A stretch of 9,901 nt of DNA from Octopus sinensis (Eukaryota): contig NW_021827710.1 of NCBI RefSeq assembly GCF_006345805.1, positions 1-9,901 of the forward strand. Reading direction: 5' to 3'. A model generated the notes under the pieces. The model did not search any database, was not told the DNA's origin, and was given only the letters and a program-made list of their open reading frames with translations. The position numbers and the translations under genes were made by a program. Numbering within the stretch: position 1 is the first letter of the stretch; each line of letters opens with the position of its first letter. This document shows positions 7,549 to 9,901 of the stretch, piece after piece.

Positions 7549-8336
7549 CGTGGTCCGATCAATAAGTATCCGGACTGTTGCTATAGTAACGAAGTTAAAA
7601 CGCGAAGAGTGAAACTGCTTGGCACAACTTGACCTTGAACTCTACCGTGAATGCGCACGAAAGTTTTAACGTCTAGCTCATTGCCGCTGTTTACAGAGAA
7701 ATTTGAGCAGAGAATCTGCATCAAATTTTGCCAAAAGCTTGGCGGTACCTGCTCAGAGGCTTGTGCAAAGTTTTTGAAAAGTTTTCATCATTCTCGACAC
7801 ATTCAAGGATATCTTGTGCAACCGAAACTCAAGTGTCTTTTTGGTCAGCTGAAAGCAGTTTTGGCACAAACTTGACAGACACGCATTTCATACCTAATTT
7901 TTTTGTGATAATGGGCTGAACTGAACCGTAACTAATCTGCACATCCTCTGACGATTTCCCCTGAAAGCTGCACGCGCATCTGCGATGTTTTTCTCAGTTC
8001 TACTGATTGCAGGTTTTCCCAAAATGCCTGTCAATATTGACATTTTAGAAATGTCTGAACCACTTGTACACTTGTGTGTGGTTCATACACTCCTCTTCGT
8101 ACACTTTATGCAACTTTGCATAGGTCTCTGAGCAGGTATTGCCATGACAACTTTCTCTTTCATGGTCAATGCAACGATCACACACTACACACCTTCCTTC
8201 CAAGCACTGCTGTAAAGAGCCGAAGTGAGCGAGAACGTTAAACCTTAGTGCACATGCACAGCAGAGTTCAACGTCAATCTGTACCAAGTAGCTCTACTCT
8301 GTGTGCTTTAGCTTCGTTACTTATTGATCAAATTTC

Positions 8337-8337
<1 letters not shown>
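7549..8337 (-). mobile_element. Non-autonomous mariner (Tc1/mariner) derivative with long inverted arms
   Basis: Termini CG.GGTCCGATCAATAAGTA (7549) and TACTTATTGATCAAATTTCG|TA (8337). The minus strand encodes a decayed mariner N-terminus (TCSETYAKLHKVYEEECMNHTQVYKWFRHF..ISYGSVQPIITKKLGMKCVSVKFVPKLLSADQKDT..ENDENFSKTL). The plus strand of the left arm encodes EQRICIKFCQKLG. No DD34D domain is present. Confidence 0.9.
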
Positions 8338-8376
<39 letters not shown>

Positions 8377-8472
8377 AAATATATATATAACATATATATA
8401 TATGTAGATATTTATATATATATATATTATATATATATAATAATATATATTATATATATATATATATATATA
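8338..8472. repeat. (TA)n tract at the mariner right end
   Basis: Direct inspection; supplies the TA target dinucleotide. Confidence 0.95.
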
Positions 8473-9257
8473 AATAGTAAAGAGTGAAAAAACGACAGAA
8501 GGCTTAAATGTTAAAATATATATATTTGCGTCAATATGTCTGAAGAATATTAGAAAATTTTTTGAAGAATTTTTTTTCCCTTATAATGACATAATTTTTA
8601 AAAGAAGACCGGTTTCGCATTTAGCTTTCAAATTTGTTGTGACGTTATGTTTATGTTGAATAGAGTTATCCTTATATATATATATATATAATATATATAT
8701 ATATATATACATATCCATACATATATATAAAGTAAAAATTCAGTTAGGTGTTAAATAAGAATTACTGGTTTATTACCTATATAAAGAAAATTGTTATGAA
8801 CTATCGCTCATAATAGATAAGTAAATAAAATAAACAATCAGCTTATCAAAATATCAATATAAATTAGAAATGGAAACACAATGATAAATTGAATAAACGA
8901 ATCAGTAAATGATAAATCCAATCCAATTTTATTATTTCTGTATAAACAACTGACAAATCAATTTACACCTATTTCTACATCATTAACTAGGCTTTGTTTA
9001 AAATTACAAATTACCTTTTTTTTTAAAAAAACAAACATTATGAGGTTTCTTCAGACAGACATATATTCTTAAAATGTTCTACGAAAATAGCAAGCAGACA
9101 TTATTCTATAAGTACAAACGCATTTAAAATGCGATATTAGGAGCGAGATTAATAATAAATAAATAAACTGAAATTTCAGAAATTTTAAGATTCAAATCAT
9201 CTCGTATCTAGTTCTATAAAACGATCCTGTTATATATATGTATATATATATATATCT

Positions 9258-9760
9258 TTTTGCTCCGCTCGTCGTTCATAAAAAATTCCGTGTTCGCAAT
9301 ACTTTTTTTTCGTTCGGCGTTAACAGCCCTTCTTATCTTGTTTTTCCTTGTCCTGTCTTTTACTGTTTATAATTTGTACTGTCGTTACTGTCCTGTTTTT
9401 GTTACCATTTTTTACCCCTCTGCGAAAAGATCTCAGAATTTTAATTGATTTGCTTTTCGGAGGAAGGAAAGTTTCTTGTTGAAGATACGTCTCGCTTTTA
9501 TCCTTCGAAACGTAGAGTAGATGAAACCATAGCAACTGAAGAAGGTTTTCTTTCTTTGTGTTAATTGTCCTGTACTCTATTTCTTTTTTTTTTGTTGTTT
9601 TTTAAAAATGTCCAGTTCCTTTGTTTGTGTCTATGTTTTCGTTTCTCTCATTTGTGTTCGACGTCCTTTTGGTGTCCTGTGCTCATATATGCGTGTATAT
9701 GTACATGTAGAGGTAGGTACGTACATATATGTTTATATATATGCATATGTTTTATTTTAT
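9258..9760. repeat. Unclassified pyrimidine-rich interspersed repeat (probable TE remnant)
   Basis: Complex T-rich segment bounded by (TA)n tracts. It resembles a repeat I recall from octopus sequence; class not determined. Confidence 0.35.
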
Positions 9761-9790
9761 TTATTAATATATATATATATATATATACAT

Positions 9791-9817
9791 CATCGTGATT
9801 ACCGTGATCGACCAGGC

Positions 9818-9848
<31 letters not shown>

Positions 9849-9901
9849 TATACCATCGTGATTACCGTGACCGACCAGGCTATCAGATGTTGCTACACAT
9901 C
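9791..9901. repeat. Terminus of an interspersed repeat with a duplicated 30-bp end; runs off the window
   Basis: CATCGTGATTACCGTGAYCGACCAGGCTAT occurs at 9791-9820 and 9854-9883, separated by (TA)n. Confidence 0.7.

Noticed and set aside
7612-7875. Functional mariner transposase
   Set aside because: Only N-terminal fragments remain, with deletions and stops, and the DD34D domain is absent.
9479-9545. Hammerhead-like words (TTGAAGA, CGAAACGTA, CTGAAGAAGG)
   Set aside because: I could not build stems I and II in any permutation, and CCTTC/GAAGG pairing would sequester the core G8/A9.

Overview
AT-rich, microsatellite-rich eukaryotic non-coding DNA that is almost entirely nested transposable-element debris. 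The SINE families and repeat style look like octopus/cephalopod DNA (recognition from memory, not a search). No intact protein-coding gene is supported; most ORFs in the track are microsatellite or TE artefacts. Contents: three decayed R4/Dong-type RLE non-LTR retrotransposons, one on + (471-2887) and two 5'-truncated copies on - inside TAA-type arrays. The + copy is interrupted by a non-autonomous Helitron, a tRNA-SINE and a 25 x 16-bp minisatellite. There are three tRNA-derived SINE families (one nested in another), a fold-back mariner derivative, long (TA)n/(ATT)n/(CAA)n tracts and one short CpG-rich promoter-like island. Best observations: the minisatellite was born from the LINE's own endonuclease coding sequence and now carries 13 GATA motifs; the mariner has two 5' ends joined at a 7-nt microhomology; TAA arrays act as a landing pad. 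I see no convincing novel multi-gene system.
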